Source: an uncultured Sphingobacteriales bacterium
GTDB lineage: Bacteria > Bacteroidota > Bacteroidia > CAILMK01 > CAYYUA01
DNA: 64,000 nucleotides
NCBI GenBank assembly: GCA_964549595.1
Contig: CAZJWK010000005.1
Location: 1,393 to 65,392 of the forward strand
Reading direction: 5' to 3'
The translations under genes were made by a program, and so were the position numbers. This document shows positions 9,636-18,831 of the stretch, one piece after another (position 1 is the first letter of the stretch; each line of letters opens with the position of its first letter). The notes below the pieces were generated by a model. The model saw nothing but the letters and a program-made list of their open reading frames with translations, was not told the DNA's origin and searched no databases.

Positions 9636-10486
9636 AGCGGAATGCCTAACATGTTGTAAAAAAAGTGATCCGGGATTTCATTCAATTTATTGCTATAACT
9701 GAGGTTTTCCGGTTTTTTCAAAAATCGGGGATACCGAATGTAGCGGTACAACATTTTGAAACGGTTAGATTCCTTGAAAAGATTACCTGAAAAGAAAAAC
9801 GCATCCTGATGCGGATTGATTCCCAATTGTTCAGCAGTGTAAAGGACGTAATAAAGCAGATCGTTATGGGTTTCAAACCGGAAAAGATTGAATAGTTGTA
9901 ATCCTTGCTCATCGAGTACAGCCAACCTCACCAATGGGTCCTCTATGTCCGCAGCCAACAGGGGTTTGCTTATGCCTTGAAATTGCGAAAACAAACCCGC
10001 CAGCCAGGGTGTACCAATGTGGCAATAGGTTTTTACATTGAACCCCTCGGGTAAAGCATTCAGCCATTCATGCGGAATACTGTATAGCAAATAGCTATCT
10101 ATGAAAGGCAGGTAATCTTCTTTGAGGGATTCACGCTCCGGTTGCCCGAAATTAAGCTGGAAATAATTTTGTCTTAAATCCGCTGCAAAAAAATCGTTGG
10201 GAATAGGAGTAACCTTAGGCGAGGAAACCACCAAACGCTTATGCTGAAAAACCTCCCTAAGTAGTGGCTCTTTTTTCAACCCGTCCGCTAAGGCATCCTG
10301 ATTATCCTCATTGACTGATTTTTGACTGTTAGAAATGGTTTTTAGATAAATCAGCCTTTGGCTACTATCATAAATCTGGATTACATAATAAGAATGGAAG
10401 AGCCCTAAAATTAAACTTGCTTCAGCACTTGAGATATGGTCGAAGGCATCATCCTTGATTTCTTGTTGAACAAGGAGTTTTTCCAT
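9626..10486 (-). CDS. DUF3822 family protein
   Basis: VTPIPNDFF, LFNLFRFETHNDLLYYVLYTAEQLG, FFSGN, LYRYIR; canonical position upstream of rsmD in Bacteroidota. Confidence 0.82.
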   Translation of the reverse strand: MEKLLVQQEIKDDAFDHISSAEASLILGLFHSYYVIQIYDSSQRLIYLKTISNSQKSVNEDNQDALADGLKKEPLLREVFQHKRLVVSSPKVTPIPNDFFAADLRQNYFQLNFGQPERESLKEDYLPFIDSYLLYSIPHEWLNALPEGFNVKTYCHIGTPWLAGLFSQFQGISKPLLAADIEDPLVRLAVLDEQGLQLFNLFRFETHNDLLYYVLYTAEQLGINPHQDAFFFSGNLFKESNRFKMLYRYIRYPRFLKKPENLSYSNKLNEIPDHFFYNMLGIPLCE

Positions 10487-10510
10487 GACAGATTTTTAAT
10501 CGTATAGCGG

Positions 10511-10518
10511 CAAACCTA
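10511..10518 (-). promoter_or_regulatory. -7 promoter element for DUF3822-rsmD
   Basis: Minus-strand TAGGTTTG 24 bp upstream of the ATG. Confidence 0.55.
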
Positions 10519-10541
10519 TTCAAAACGGACAAGCCCAATAT

Positions 10542-11072
10542 TTACCAATTTCCTGAGGTGACAGCTTTTTGCATAGAGCCGACTTTCAGGGTTTTGTCTT
10601 CCAGGATGGGTTTGACATCCTTTATTTCAAAGACATTAACGGCTACCCCGCGTTGCTTAATTTTATCGGCATCAATTTTAAACTTTTTGCCGGTCATTGG
10701 GGCATATTGAATGGAATCTACCGGGTAATTGGGGAAAAGGGACTTTTTCACAGGTACCATAACCGTATCCCGTTGAATTTGTTGAGTGGTATCATTGGGA
10801 TCCCCTTTGGTAGAGACAACAGGAAGCGTATCCCTTTTGACAAAATGCATCAGGGTATCCCAGCTTCCGGCATAACGACCATTGACATCTTTAAAGGTTT
10901 TTTGGGCTTCCCTTCCTTTCTCCAACCGTTCTATAACCATCTTCTTTCTTTTAAGACGCTTTTTCTTTGCCATAATCGGGTCCTTAATAACCCCGTACAG
11001 CGAATAAATAGCAATGGCTGCCAGTACAACCAATAAAACTTTTGTGATGTATTCGACCACTTTGTTACCCAT
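10542..11072 (-). CDS. Conserved hypothetical membrane-anchored protein with a pilin-like N-terminal helix
   Basis: Single N-terminal TM, then VIERLEKGREAQKTFKDVNGRYAGSWDTL; typical neighbour of DUF3822. Confidence 0.7.
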   Translation of the reverse strand: MGNKVVEYITKVLLVVLAAIAIYSLYGVIKDPIMAKKKRLKRKKMVIERLEKGREAQKTFKDVNGRYAGSWDTLMHFVKRDTLPVVSTKGDPNDTTQQIQRDTVMVPVKKSLFPNYPVDSIQYAPMTGKKFKIDADKIKQRGVAVNVFEIKDVKPILEDKTLKVGSMQKAVTSGNW

Positions 11073-11111
11073 CTTTAATTTGGTTCATTTTCAATGTTTA
11101 AATTGGCATAG

Positions 11112-11119
11112 CAAAAGTA
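11112..11119 (-). promoter_or_regulatory. -7 promoter element for the 10542-11072 gene
   Basis: Minus-strand TACTTTTG 39 bp upstream of the ATG. Confidence 0.55.
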
Positions 11120-11184
11120 TAAATATTTAGGGAAAATAGTACTTAGATTCCTATATGAAGGTTACAACTTAATGCATTATGGTG

Positions 11185-13281
11185 TCAGAATTGCAAACGA
11201 ACCTGGGTTTTAACGGTTGTTTTGGTATTACCGTTAATCGCCTGGTATCCTGACCCCACGGTATTTTTGTTGAAATAATGGGTTCTTCCGGCTTTGATCC
11301 ATAAACTCAACTTTCCCCAAGCCTTTAGTTTGGAAAGCAAATAATACCTCATACCCCGGTCCTGGAAAAACGGAATGCTAAACGTGTACAGTAGGTCGTT
11401 TTCATACGTATAAATACGCGCCTGGTAATCATCTACATTAAAAAGCGCATAGCGTCCTATGACATAGAAATCATTGTCAGCAACTTCATAGCGTACATCC
11501 TGGAAAGCAAGCCAACCTCTGATCGGTGATTGGTCCTCCATTTGATAAAAACTATGGACTAAGCGTGTTTGAAAAGACCAATTCCTGGAAATTTTGTAAT
11601 CCAGGTTCCAGCGAAAATACCATTGCTGGTAACGACCGGTTTTACCAACCGAAGCCTCACTTTCAGACAAGTTCCTAACCTTACTTTGGCCCTTTATTCG
11701 CCAATACATCTCAAATCCTCCCGGATCATAGGTAATGTTGGTCTGGTATTCACGCCCTTCGGAGGGTTGATCAGTACGAAAACGAAGCCAGGGGAATTTA
11801 AAATAATCAAAATAGGTGCTCACCTGCCAATTTTCAAAAAGCTCCGTCTGGAGGGTTAAAAATAGGCCATTCTCATTGCTTACTTGACCACTTTCCCGAA
11901 AGGCATTTCCATAAGGCGCATTATAGTTTCTGGGATAATGGCGGTAAAGAGCCCCTAATTTAATACCGGACGGGAAATTAATCAACATGCCGTTCAAATT
12001 GGCAACGGCCCCGCTATGACTATAGCCAAATTCCCCGAAAAAGTAAAAATTCCGGTATAACCACTTGTAATCCAAACCCAAATTCCAGGCTTCCTTCCCG
12101 GACCAGTCAAATTGGTCGTAAAGCTTGTCACTGATAGATAGGGGTTTTTCATTTTTGACGTATAAGCCCGTCAACCCTATATCCAGATTAGCAAAATCCT
12201 GGCTAATATGAGCACCGGCCAATTCCTGGCGGAAAGCATTTTTATCCGCAAGCTCAGCTTTCCGGCGGTGCATGCCACTACTTTTAATGGAAGTGATGGC
12301 TCGGGATTCCCTTAACGTATCCTGAGTGGCAAGGTTAGCATCCTGTAGTTTATTCGAATAAAAACCGGTAACCTTTGTATTCTTCAATCCCCATGTAGCC
12401 CCTATACCCCGAAAGTAATTGTTTTCATTGGCTGATGTATAAGCATCCAGGCCTTCGTTGCCTTTGCTCAGACCAAAAGCATTGGGCGTTTTGCCCAGGG
12501 ATAAACCACTGGCCATTACCAGGCCCTGACCGAATTGTGCCTCAAAATCTCCCAAGGCCAATGATTTTAAAGGCCCGATGTCTTTCATGAACAGATGACC
12601 CGAATAATAATCAAACCCCTGGGATTGGCTACCCTGAAAAAACTCCTCCCCGGCATCTTTTTCAGCTGTAAAGCCTAAACTTATCCGGTCTGAAAGGGTA
12701 TATTGGTAACGGGTATAAAGATCCAAAGGACTTCCCAAATAGCCTTTATTGTTTTCACGGGAAGAGGCTGTGTCAGCTATCCTTTGACCTTTCACTTTTT
12801 CCAGAAGGCGTTCACCCCTTAAAAAAATGTCATGGTTTCCAAATTGGGTTAAATTTTTGAGATTGATGGCAATCCGGTCCTTTTCTTTCCTGGTATTGAC
12901 AAAAGGCAATAACCATTTGATGGTTTTTCTGTCTAAGCTTGAAACGGCTTGCAACTCATAAACTGTAGTGAAACCATCATATTGGTCCCGGTAAGCAATG
13001 ATTCCATTCACCTGGGGTACGTTCAGGAAAGGCAGGGAAAGCAGTTCATCCTTGCTAGCTTTATTCAACGATAATGGGTTTTCGTAATAATGGTTTAATG
13101 AAGTGACCAAATCCGAATAATCCAGGGCTTGATCCTTTTCTTCGAGGATATTCTCAATGATGCGGGAGACGGTTTGAGAGGTAGGCCTTTGGCAATACGC
13201 CTTATCCATAGTGATGGTAAAGACCAGGATTAGGATGAACCCTTTTAAGAAAGTGTTTTGTATGCCGTACCCTAAATCCAT
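11185..13281 (-). CDS. ComEA-like helix-hairpin-helix domain fused to a predicted outer-membrane beta-barrel
   Basis: PLSLNKASKDELLSLPFL...IIAYRDQYDGFTTVYELQAVSSL (HhH_3 pattern); aromatic-rich alternating strands; C-terminal QVRLQF barrel signal. Confidence 0.8.
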   Translation of the reverse strand: MDLGYGIQNTFLKGFILILVFTITMDKAYCQRPTSQTVSRIIENILEEKDQALDYSDLVTSLNHYYENPLSLNKASKDELLSLPFLNVPQVNGIIAYRDQYDGFTTVYELQAVSSLDRKTIKWLLPFVNTRKEKDRIAINLKNLTQFGNHDIFLRGERLLEKVKGQRIADTASSRENNKGYLGSPLDLYTRYQYTLSDRISLGFTAEKDAGEEFFQGSQSQGFDYYSGHLFMKDIGPLKSLALGDFEAQFGQGLVMASGLSLGKTPNAFGLSKGNEGLDAYTSANENNYFRGIGATWGLKNTKVTGFYSNKLQDANLATQDTLRESRAITSIKSSGMHRRKAELADKNAFRQELAGAHISQDFANLDIGLTGLYVKNEKPLSISDKLYDQFDWSGKEAWNLGLDYKWLYRNFYFFGEFGYSHSGAVANLNGMLINFPSGIKLGALYRHYPRNYNAPYGNAFRESGQVSNENGLFLTLQTELFENWQVSTYFDYFKFPWLRFRTDQPSEGREYQTNITYDPGGFEMYWRIKGQSKVRNLSESEASVGKTGRYQQWYFRWNLDYKISRNWSFQTRLVHSFYQMEDQSPIRGWLAFQDVRYEVADNDFYVIGRYALFNVDDYQARIYTYENDLLYTFSIPFFQDRGMRYYLLSKLKAWGKLSLWIKAGRTHYFNKNTVGSGYQAINGNTKTTVKTQVRLQF

Positions 13282-13285
13282 TTGC

Positions 13286-14110
13286 TCACTGTTGGATGTA
13301 GTTCGTGCTTAAAGCCGGCGTAATTCCCAATGTCTGATGAAAATCAAAATTTAAATTTACAGTCAGCCATTTCCATCGATAGCGTAGGCCAAAAGAATAA
13401 GAAAACGGGGCGGTACTTACACCGGTCTGCAGTTGAAGCTTTTCGACAGGGCTGTAAGTTAAGCCACTTTTAAACCGGGTATCGTAGGAAATGCTTTTTT
13501 CAAAAGCCAGGTGCCAGGCAACCTTTTCTGAGAATTTGTAGCTTGCTCCCAAATTAAAAGTGGGTGGGGTTTCCTTTTTACCACCGGCTTCCCATCCTTG
13601 TGCAGTGGGATTAAACACATGGATAGCGGTTTTGATCTTATCGTTTAACCGGAATAAAAGGCTGGCTTCCCCCATTATCTGCCACTCATTTCCATATTCC
13701 CGGATAAAAGTATTAAAGGCATCAAACTGCAAACCTGCGGAGAGGTTTTCCCCAAAGCTACGGGAAATTGCCAGGCCATACTTCTGTTGTCCAAAATAAG
13801 GTCCATTAGAGAATTGGTGAAAGCTAATTCCTACCGTACCAATATCATTAATCGGATAAGCGATGCTTAGTGCCCCTGCATTTAAGGATTCAATCCCAAA
13901 TTTACGCTCTGCATAAATCCCGAAACGGAGGTTTTCCAATTCGGCCAAAGCAGCTTGGTTGTAAAAATTAGCCCAGTGATCTGTTATCGTGATACCGGAT
14001 TGGGATAGTGCGTTGTACTTTCCTCCGGCACCGTAATTTTTGCCACCTGCTAATATTTGGCAGCTCAGGGATAAAAGGAGGAAAAGAATGAAAAATTGAC
14101 GTACTACCAT
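13286..14110 (-). CDS. Putative outer-membrane beta-barrel protein (PorV/FadL-like superfamily, tentative)
   Basis: Signal peptide; ALSQSGITI...ANFYNQAALA pattern; amphipathic strands; ends 4 bp upstream of the HhH gene (co-operonic). Confidence 0.62.
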   Translation of the reverse strand: MVVRQFFILFLLLSLSCQILAGGKNYGAGGKYNALSQSGITITDHWANFYNQAALAELENLRFGIYAERKFGIESLNAGALSIAYPINDIGTVGISFHQFSNGPYFGQQKYGLAISRSFGENLSAGLQFDAFNTFIREYGNEWQIMGEASLLFRLNDKIKTAIHVFNPTAQGWEAGGKKETPPTFNLGASYKFSEKVAWHLAFEKSISYDTRFKSGLTYSPVEKLQLQTGVSTAPFSYSFGLRYRWKWLTVNLNFDFHQTLGITPALSTNYIQQ

Positions 14111-14134
14111 TGATTTTCAATACCATTCATCAGC

Positions 14135-14142
14135 CAAATGTA
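14135..14142 (-). promoter_or_regulatory. -7 promoter element for the barrel-HhH operon
   Basis: Minus-strand TACATTTG 24 bp upstream of the ATG. Confidence 0.55.
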
Positions 14143-14185
14143 TAAAAGATGAGTCCTTTTGAAATTAACAATATGTAAAAATTGG

Positions 14186-16606
14186 CTACTGGATACATTT
14201 TCTCCAGCATTCCTTAAAGGAAGAACGGGTTTTTCCCTTAAGCTTTAAATTTTTCTCCTTGGCAGCTTTTAGATAGCTTTTCGCGGATTCGCATTGATTT
14301 ATTTCACAATAACCCATACCAAGACTCAATAGGATCTGGCGGCTATCGGGTACTAAGCGATAAGCTTTTTCCAGGTATTTAAGCCGCTGTTTGAGATACA
14401 TTTCCTCTTTTTGAGAATTTTGACGGGCTTTCCGCTGGTAGATTTTGGCCAGGTATTGATAAGCCCTTTTGTTGCCAGGATCAATGTCAAGGGCACTCAT
14501 TAAGGTATTTTCGGCTTTGTCCAAATTGCCGAATTGCAGGTTCAGTGCGCCAAGACTGGTTTTTATATCCGCGGTTTCTAAACCTTTTTTCACGGCTTGC
14601 TTTAGGTACTGATAAGCTTGTCGGTAATATTGCTGTTGTTGGTTTTTTGCTTTTGCATTTTGGGCATATAGGCTGTACAGGTTTCCCATGGCGGCATACC
14701 CTTTTCCGGGATTTTCCGGGTGCTCCATAGCCTTTTTTGCTCGTTGGTAGGATAGCTCCAAATTCCCGATCTCCCGGTAAAAATCAGCTGCCAGGGCCGG
14801 AAAATTGATCGTTTCATATTGGGCAAATTCAAATGGCGGCCAAAAAAGATGATTAATAACCGTAGCCGGCATGGACGCTTTAACCGGCTCGGTGCGGTGA
14901 AAAATATCCCTTTCACCGTCCTGATAGCCAAGCCTTTTGATCACGGACTGATTATTTTTGTTATCCTTTAAATACAGAACAGCCACCGGATCCGCGAAAA
15001 CGGGTTTAAATTCTTGACTTTTCATCAGATGCTGATGAAGTTTGGGAAAATTTAACCGATGAACCACTGCATAATCAAACCCGTATAAACTATCCGCCTC
15101 CTGAAAAACCCTCGGATATTCAGTCATTTGGGCAAAACGGTTAAAAAACGCTTCGGGGAACACATCCAGATCCCTGAGGTCAATAAAAGTCTTAAAATCA
15201 GGACGAAAATGCCACATCAGATAAGAGGAAGTCAAATAACCTGAAAAACACCTTCCTTTTATATCGTGCTTTTGGATAAAACGAGAGACACCCACAGGAT
15301 TTTTTACCGCATTTACCTGTAAACCGTATTGATCATTCCTGTTGAAGGCTTCATAATAGGCATTGCTTGGAATTGCCATAAAAAAAGTAAGGCTTATCAA
15401 TACCAAGACAACTGCACTGCTAAAGCTGATCCCAAAAAGGTTTCGCTTGTAAATTTCGGATTTTTGGCCAATCCAACGTGCTATTGCATGCAGGCCAGTA
15501 CTCGCAACCGGTAAGCTTACCAGGATGAAAAAAGGGATGTTCCGATAGGCCGTAAGAGAAAGGTAAAAAAACATGCCCAAAAAAAGGATATAACCGCTGC
15601 CAAAATTGATTAAGGGGCGCAAATACCAACGGTGATTTTTACCCCTGTTTCCCGGATATCTAATAAAAAGGGAAATTAAGGTAACAGCAAGAAAAATCAG
15701 ATTAAGGTAAGCTTGGTACTGCCAGTAATTAGGGTGGGTAAAAGCAAAGAGCTCAGTGGTGTATTTATTGGCGCCCAATTGCTGGTAAATATTCCAGGGA
15801 TGAAATATCATCTCCCAACCTCTGGGATTAATGGCCACGGACAGAATAGCCAAAACCATAACGATAGTCAACCAGGTTGGCTTCTGAAGATTGGTGATTC
15901 CCCATTTGACTTTTAGTAATATGTAGTCCGACCAAAGGGTTACAGTAAAGACCCCAAGCATTATTAAACCCGTACCGTAAGCTTCGTGAAAATTGGTCCA
16001 GACCACTTGTAGCAATATTAGCCAAAATACACTTTTATGGGGTTTTTGTCGATAATTGATCAGGAAAAAGGTAAAAGCCAGCACCATAAAATGGCTTACC
16101 ATTTCCGGCCTGCCATTGATCCTGAATTCCCAGGCCATTAATCCGGTAATGACCCCAATAACAAAAGCAGCATTGGGATATTTGGTTTCATCCGGAAACA
16201 GCGGAATTTTTAGCTGCTGAAATATTCGGTACAGAAGTAATAGACAACCGGTAGTCACTATGGCTTGAAAAAAATACACAAAAGAAGGGCCCCCGATCCC
16301 CTGGAACCAATAGGCGATCACTTCAAACCCCCATTTCACATTGACCCATTCCTCGCCGGCCATTGTATAAGAAAACTGATCAACTCTGGGAACCTGGAAA
16401 TTTTGTACAATCCATTCACCGGTTCGAAAGATCCACCAAAGGTCCGGTTCTCTCAGGCTTTTTAAGCTCAAAGTAATTCCTGACAGGATGCAAATAAACC
16501 AAGCAAGGAAAGAAAGGTTTTTTAAAACGGGAGATTGATGCTTGGGATCAAACCATTTCTGGGAAGGTTTTGATTGCCTTTGGCTTTGCTTGGTTTTCTT
16601 GCCCAT
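14186..16606 (-). CDS. Multi-pass GT-C-fold glycosyltransferase-like protein with C-terminal TPRs
   Basis: First-loop motif EPDLWWIFRTGEWI...DQFSYT...WVNVKWGFEV, RPE and WTNFH motifs, about 11-12 TM helices, C-terminal TPR helices (LGALNLQFGNLDKAENTLMSALDIDP). The ORF track uses TTG 16636; ATG 16606 is likelier. Confidence 0.72.
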   Translation of the reverse strand: MGKKTKQSQRQSKPSQKWFDPKHQSPVLKNLSFLAWFICILSGITLSLKSLREPDLWWIFRTGEWIVQNFQVPRVDQFSYTMAGEEWVNVKWGFEVIAYWFQGIGGPSFVYFFQAIVTTGCLLLLYRIFQQLKIPLFPDETKYPNAAFVIGVITGLMAWEFRINGRPEMVSHFMVLAFTFFLINYRQKPHKSVFWLILLQVVWTNFHEAYGTGLIMLGVFTVTLWSDYILLKVKWGITNLQKPTWLTIVMVLAILSVAINPRGWEMIFHPWNIYQQLGANKYTTELFAFTHPNYWQYQAYLNLIFLAVTLISLFIRYPGNRGKNHRWYLRPLINFGSGYILFLGMFFYLSLTAYRNIPFFILVSLPVASTGLHAIARWIGQKSEIYKRNLFGISFSSAVVLVLISLTFFMAIPSNAYYEAFNRNDQYGLQVNAVKNPVGVSRFIQKHDIKGRCFSGYLTSSYLMWHFRPDFKTFIDLRDLDVFPEAFFNRFAQMTEYPRVFQEADSLYGFDYAVVHRLNFPKLHQHLMKSQEFKPVFADPVAVLYLKDNKNNQSVIKRLGYQDGERDIFHRTEPVKASMPATVINHLFWPPFEFAQYETINFPALAADFYREIGNLELSYQRAKKAMEHPENPGKGYAAMGNLYSLYAQNAKAKNQQQQYYRQAYQYLKQAVKKGLETADIKTSLGALNLQFGNLDKAENTLMSALDIDPGNKRAYQYLAKIYQRKARQNSQKEEMYLKQRLKYLEKAYRLVPDSRQILLSLGMGYCEINQCESAKSYLKAAKEKNLKLKGKTRSSFKECWRKCIQ

Positions 16607-16709
16607 TGGCCCAATGCTTTTCAGGACCAATTTCAATAATAATCAGCAAATGGCCAATTTGATAAAAGGTAATTGCTGAAAATGGAAATGCTGCTTTATT
16701 TGACCTTTA

Positions 16710-18134
16710 TCATAAGGAGGAAGAAACGGAAGTACGCTCAAAGGGCTCTTTATTTTTAGCCATCACCAGGTCAATTTGTGAATAAAGCTTTTTAAGTTTT
16801 TTGGCCATTCTTGGTTTCTTATTCCGTTCAAGGTATTGAATGACCCTTTTTAGTTTGTTTTGATCCAGCCAATCGGGTTTATCGGTCTTTAATGCCTTAA
16901 GTTTATCAATGGCCCCATCAGAGGATTTTTTGATTGTTTTCATAACCAGGCTGTGTAGCTTGGAGGGTTGGGCATTATTCTGTAAGTAGCGCTCAAGGCT
17001 TCTGACCAGATCGCCTTTGACCCGGCTATCGGTATTATTAAGCACGACCACACTTATTGTATCTTCAATATGGCGTTTAAAGCTAGTCCGGAATCCATTC
17101 CATAAACCATTGTGATACACCACTTTTTTCCCGTTTCGCTCTTCGATCCGGAAACCGTACCCATAATCTATTTGGTAACCATTCATTAGCCGGACACGGT
17201 TAAAGGCTTTTTCCAATTGGTTTTGATCTATCAAGGTTTGGTTATAAAGGGCTTGGTCCCATTTGAAAAGGTCCTCAGCTGTGGAGTAGATCCCTTTGTC
17301 ACCCACTACACCATCATGTACCGTTTCCGAAACTTTATGGTAATAATAACCACTCTTCCGGTAACCATTCATCTTTTCGGGGTAATTTTTGTCAAGGGCA
17401 GCACTGTAAACAAAGGTATTCTCCATATCAAGGGGCTCAAAAACTTGTTGATCAAGAAATTCCCCGAAACTTTGACCGGTAACCTTTTCAACAATGGTTG
17501 CCAAAACTACATAGCCTGTATTCGAATAATGGAAACGGCTTCCGGGGCGAAAATTAAGAAATTCGTTTTCAGCCAACAGATTGATAACATCATCATTATA
17601 GGCCTTTTTATCATCCGGGTATTTATGCTCTAAGAGCCACATATAATTAGGCAGACCTGCTGTATGGTTAAGTAAGTGCTTAATTGTGACAGCTTCATAA
17701 GGAAATTTGGGGAAATATTCAGTCACACGATCGTCATAATTAAGACGACCTTCTTTCTCTAACATCATGATGGCAACTGCAGTAAATTGTTTACTCACAG
17801 ATGCCAATTGATAAGGCTTAGCAGAATCTATAGGTGTGCCTTTTTTAGGATTTGCATAGCCAACCCCGTTTTTATAAATCATTTGCCCCTTGTAGTTTAC
17901 CATGACCTTCCCACTGAATTGATAATTGGTATGGTATAACCCTACAATCGAATCCACCCCTTCGACCAGATTCGATTCCAGCAATTTGGCAATATCGGTT
18001 TCTTCAGATTGAGATAAAACTTCCTGTTGAGGCACTTTATCCCCTTTTAAAGTGGAAAGAAAACTGACGGATAAAGATGCAACCGTGATCACAAACATTA
18101 AAATAATTACGCGAGTCGTAAATTGTAATCTCAC
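16710..18134 (-). CDS. Serine hydrolase, beta-lactamase class C / D-Ala-D-Ala carboxypeptidase family
   Basis: LASVSKQFT (SxxK), LLNHTAGL, FHYSNTGY (YxN), YHNG; N-terminal anchor and helical C-terminal extension. Confidence 0.88.
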   Translation of the reverse strand: MRLQFTTRVIILMFVITVASLSVSFLSTLKGDKVPQQEVLSQSEETDIAKLLESNLVEGVDSIVGLYHTNYQFSGKVMVNYKGQMIYKNGVGYANPKKGTPIDSAKPYQLASVSKQFTAVAIMMLEKEGRLNYDDRVTEYFPKFPYEAVTIKHLLNHTAGLPNYMWLLEHKYPDDKKAYNDDVINLLAENEFLNFRPGSRFHYSNTGYVVLATIVEKVTGQSFGEFLDQQVFEPLDMENTFVYSAALDKNYPEKMNGYRKSGYYYHKVSETVHDGVVGDKGIYSTAEDLFKWDQALYNQTLIDQNQLEKAFNRVRLMNGYQIDYGYGFRIEERNGKKVVYHNGLWNGFRTSFKRHIEDTISVVVLNNTDSRVKGDLVRSLERYLQNNAQPSKLHSLVMKTIKKSSDGAIDKLKALKTDKPDWLDQNKLKRVIQYLERNKKPRMAKKLKKLYSQIDLVMAKNKEPFERTSVSSSL

Positions 18135-18314
18135 TGGTTCATGCTTTTATTATAAAAAAAGTCATTGCAGTCATTTGAAAACTGCAATATTAAAGGTATT
18201 CACTAAATTTAAAGAAATCGGAATGATAAGAAGCTTAGGTTTTAAGTTCCCGGAGCAAAATTTCTTTCCATTCAATTCAAAAATATCAAACGTATAACAA
18301 ATCAAGCAAGAAAA

Positions 18315-18351
18315 GATTCCCGACTGCATTTAATAATCAGAGCCGGGAATC
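18315..18351 (-). terminator. Probable intrinsic terminator downstream of osmC
   Basis: Inverted repeat GATTCCCG...CGGGAATC followed by TTTT on the minus strand, just after the osmC stop. Confidence 0.55.
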
Positions 18352-18358
18352 CTGAGCA

Positions 18359-18787
18359 TTATTCCAGTTCTGCATCAAGGATGATTTCAGTACCCCCTAA
18401 TGCTTTAGAAACAGGGCAATTCTTTTTGGCACCCTCCGCATGTTCCAGAAATTTATCCTTATCAATTCCGGGTACTTTCGCCCTGGTTTTTAAATGAATT
18501 TTAGTGATCGCAAATCCCCCTTCTACCTCATCTTCAGTAACGCTGGCATCTGTATTCACCGATTCTGCTTTGTAACCATCACTTTCCAGCCCGGCAGAAA
18601 GGGCCATTGAATAACAAGCAGCATGGGCAGCGCCAATTAATTCTTCGGGATTGGTACCACCACTACCATCGCCAAAGCGGGAATTGAAATGATATTGCCC
18701 GTTGACTTCCATGGTTTCACTGGTTACAGAACCTTGGCCATTTTTAAGGCCACCTTGCCATACGGCATTTGCATTTCTTGTAGGCAT
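18359..18787 (-). CDS. osmC: OsmC family peroxiredoxin
   Basis: ANAVWQG, SRFG, TNPEELIGAAHAACYSMAL, AKKNCPVSKAL (two catalytic Cys). Confidence 0.93.
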   Translation of the reverse strand: MPTRNANAVWQGGLKNGQGSVTSETMEVNGQYHFNSRFGDGSGGTNPEELIGAAHAACYSMALSAGLESDGYKAESVNTDASVTEDEVEGGFAITKIHLKTRAKVPGIDKDKFLEHAEGAKKNCPVSKALGGTEIILDAELE

Positions 18788-18831
18788 AATGTTTTAGTTT
18801 TAGGGGTTAAAGGACCTTAAAATTACAAATT

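Noticed and set aside
10569-11036. 155-aa + strand ORF, and similar long shadow ORFs (6674-7162, 37850-38314, 17217-17633)
   Set aside because: Fully antisense to well-supported genes, with no motifs.
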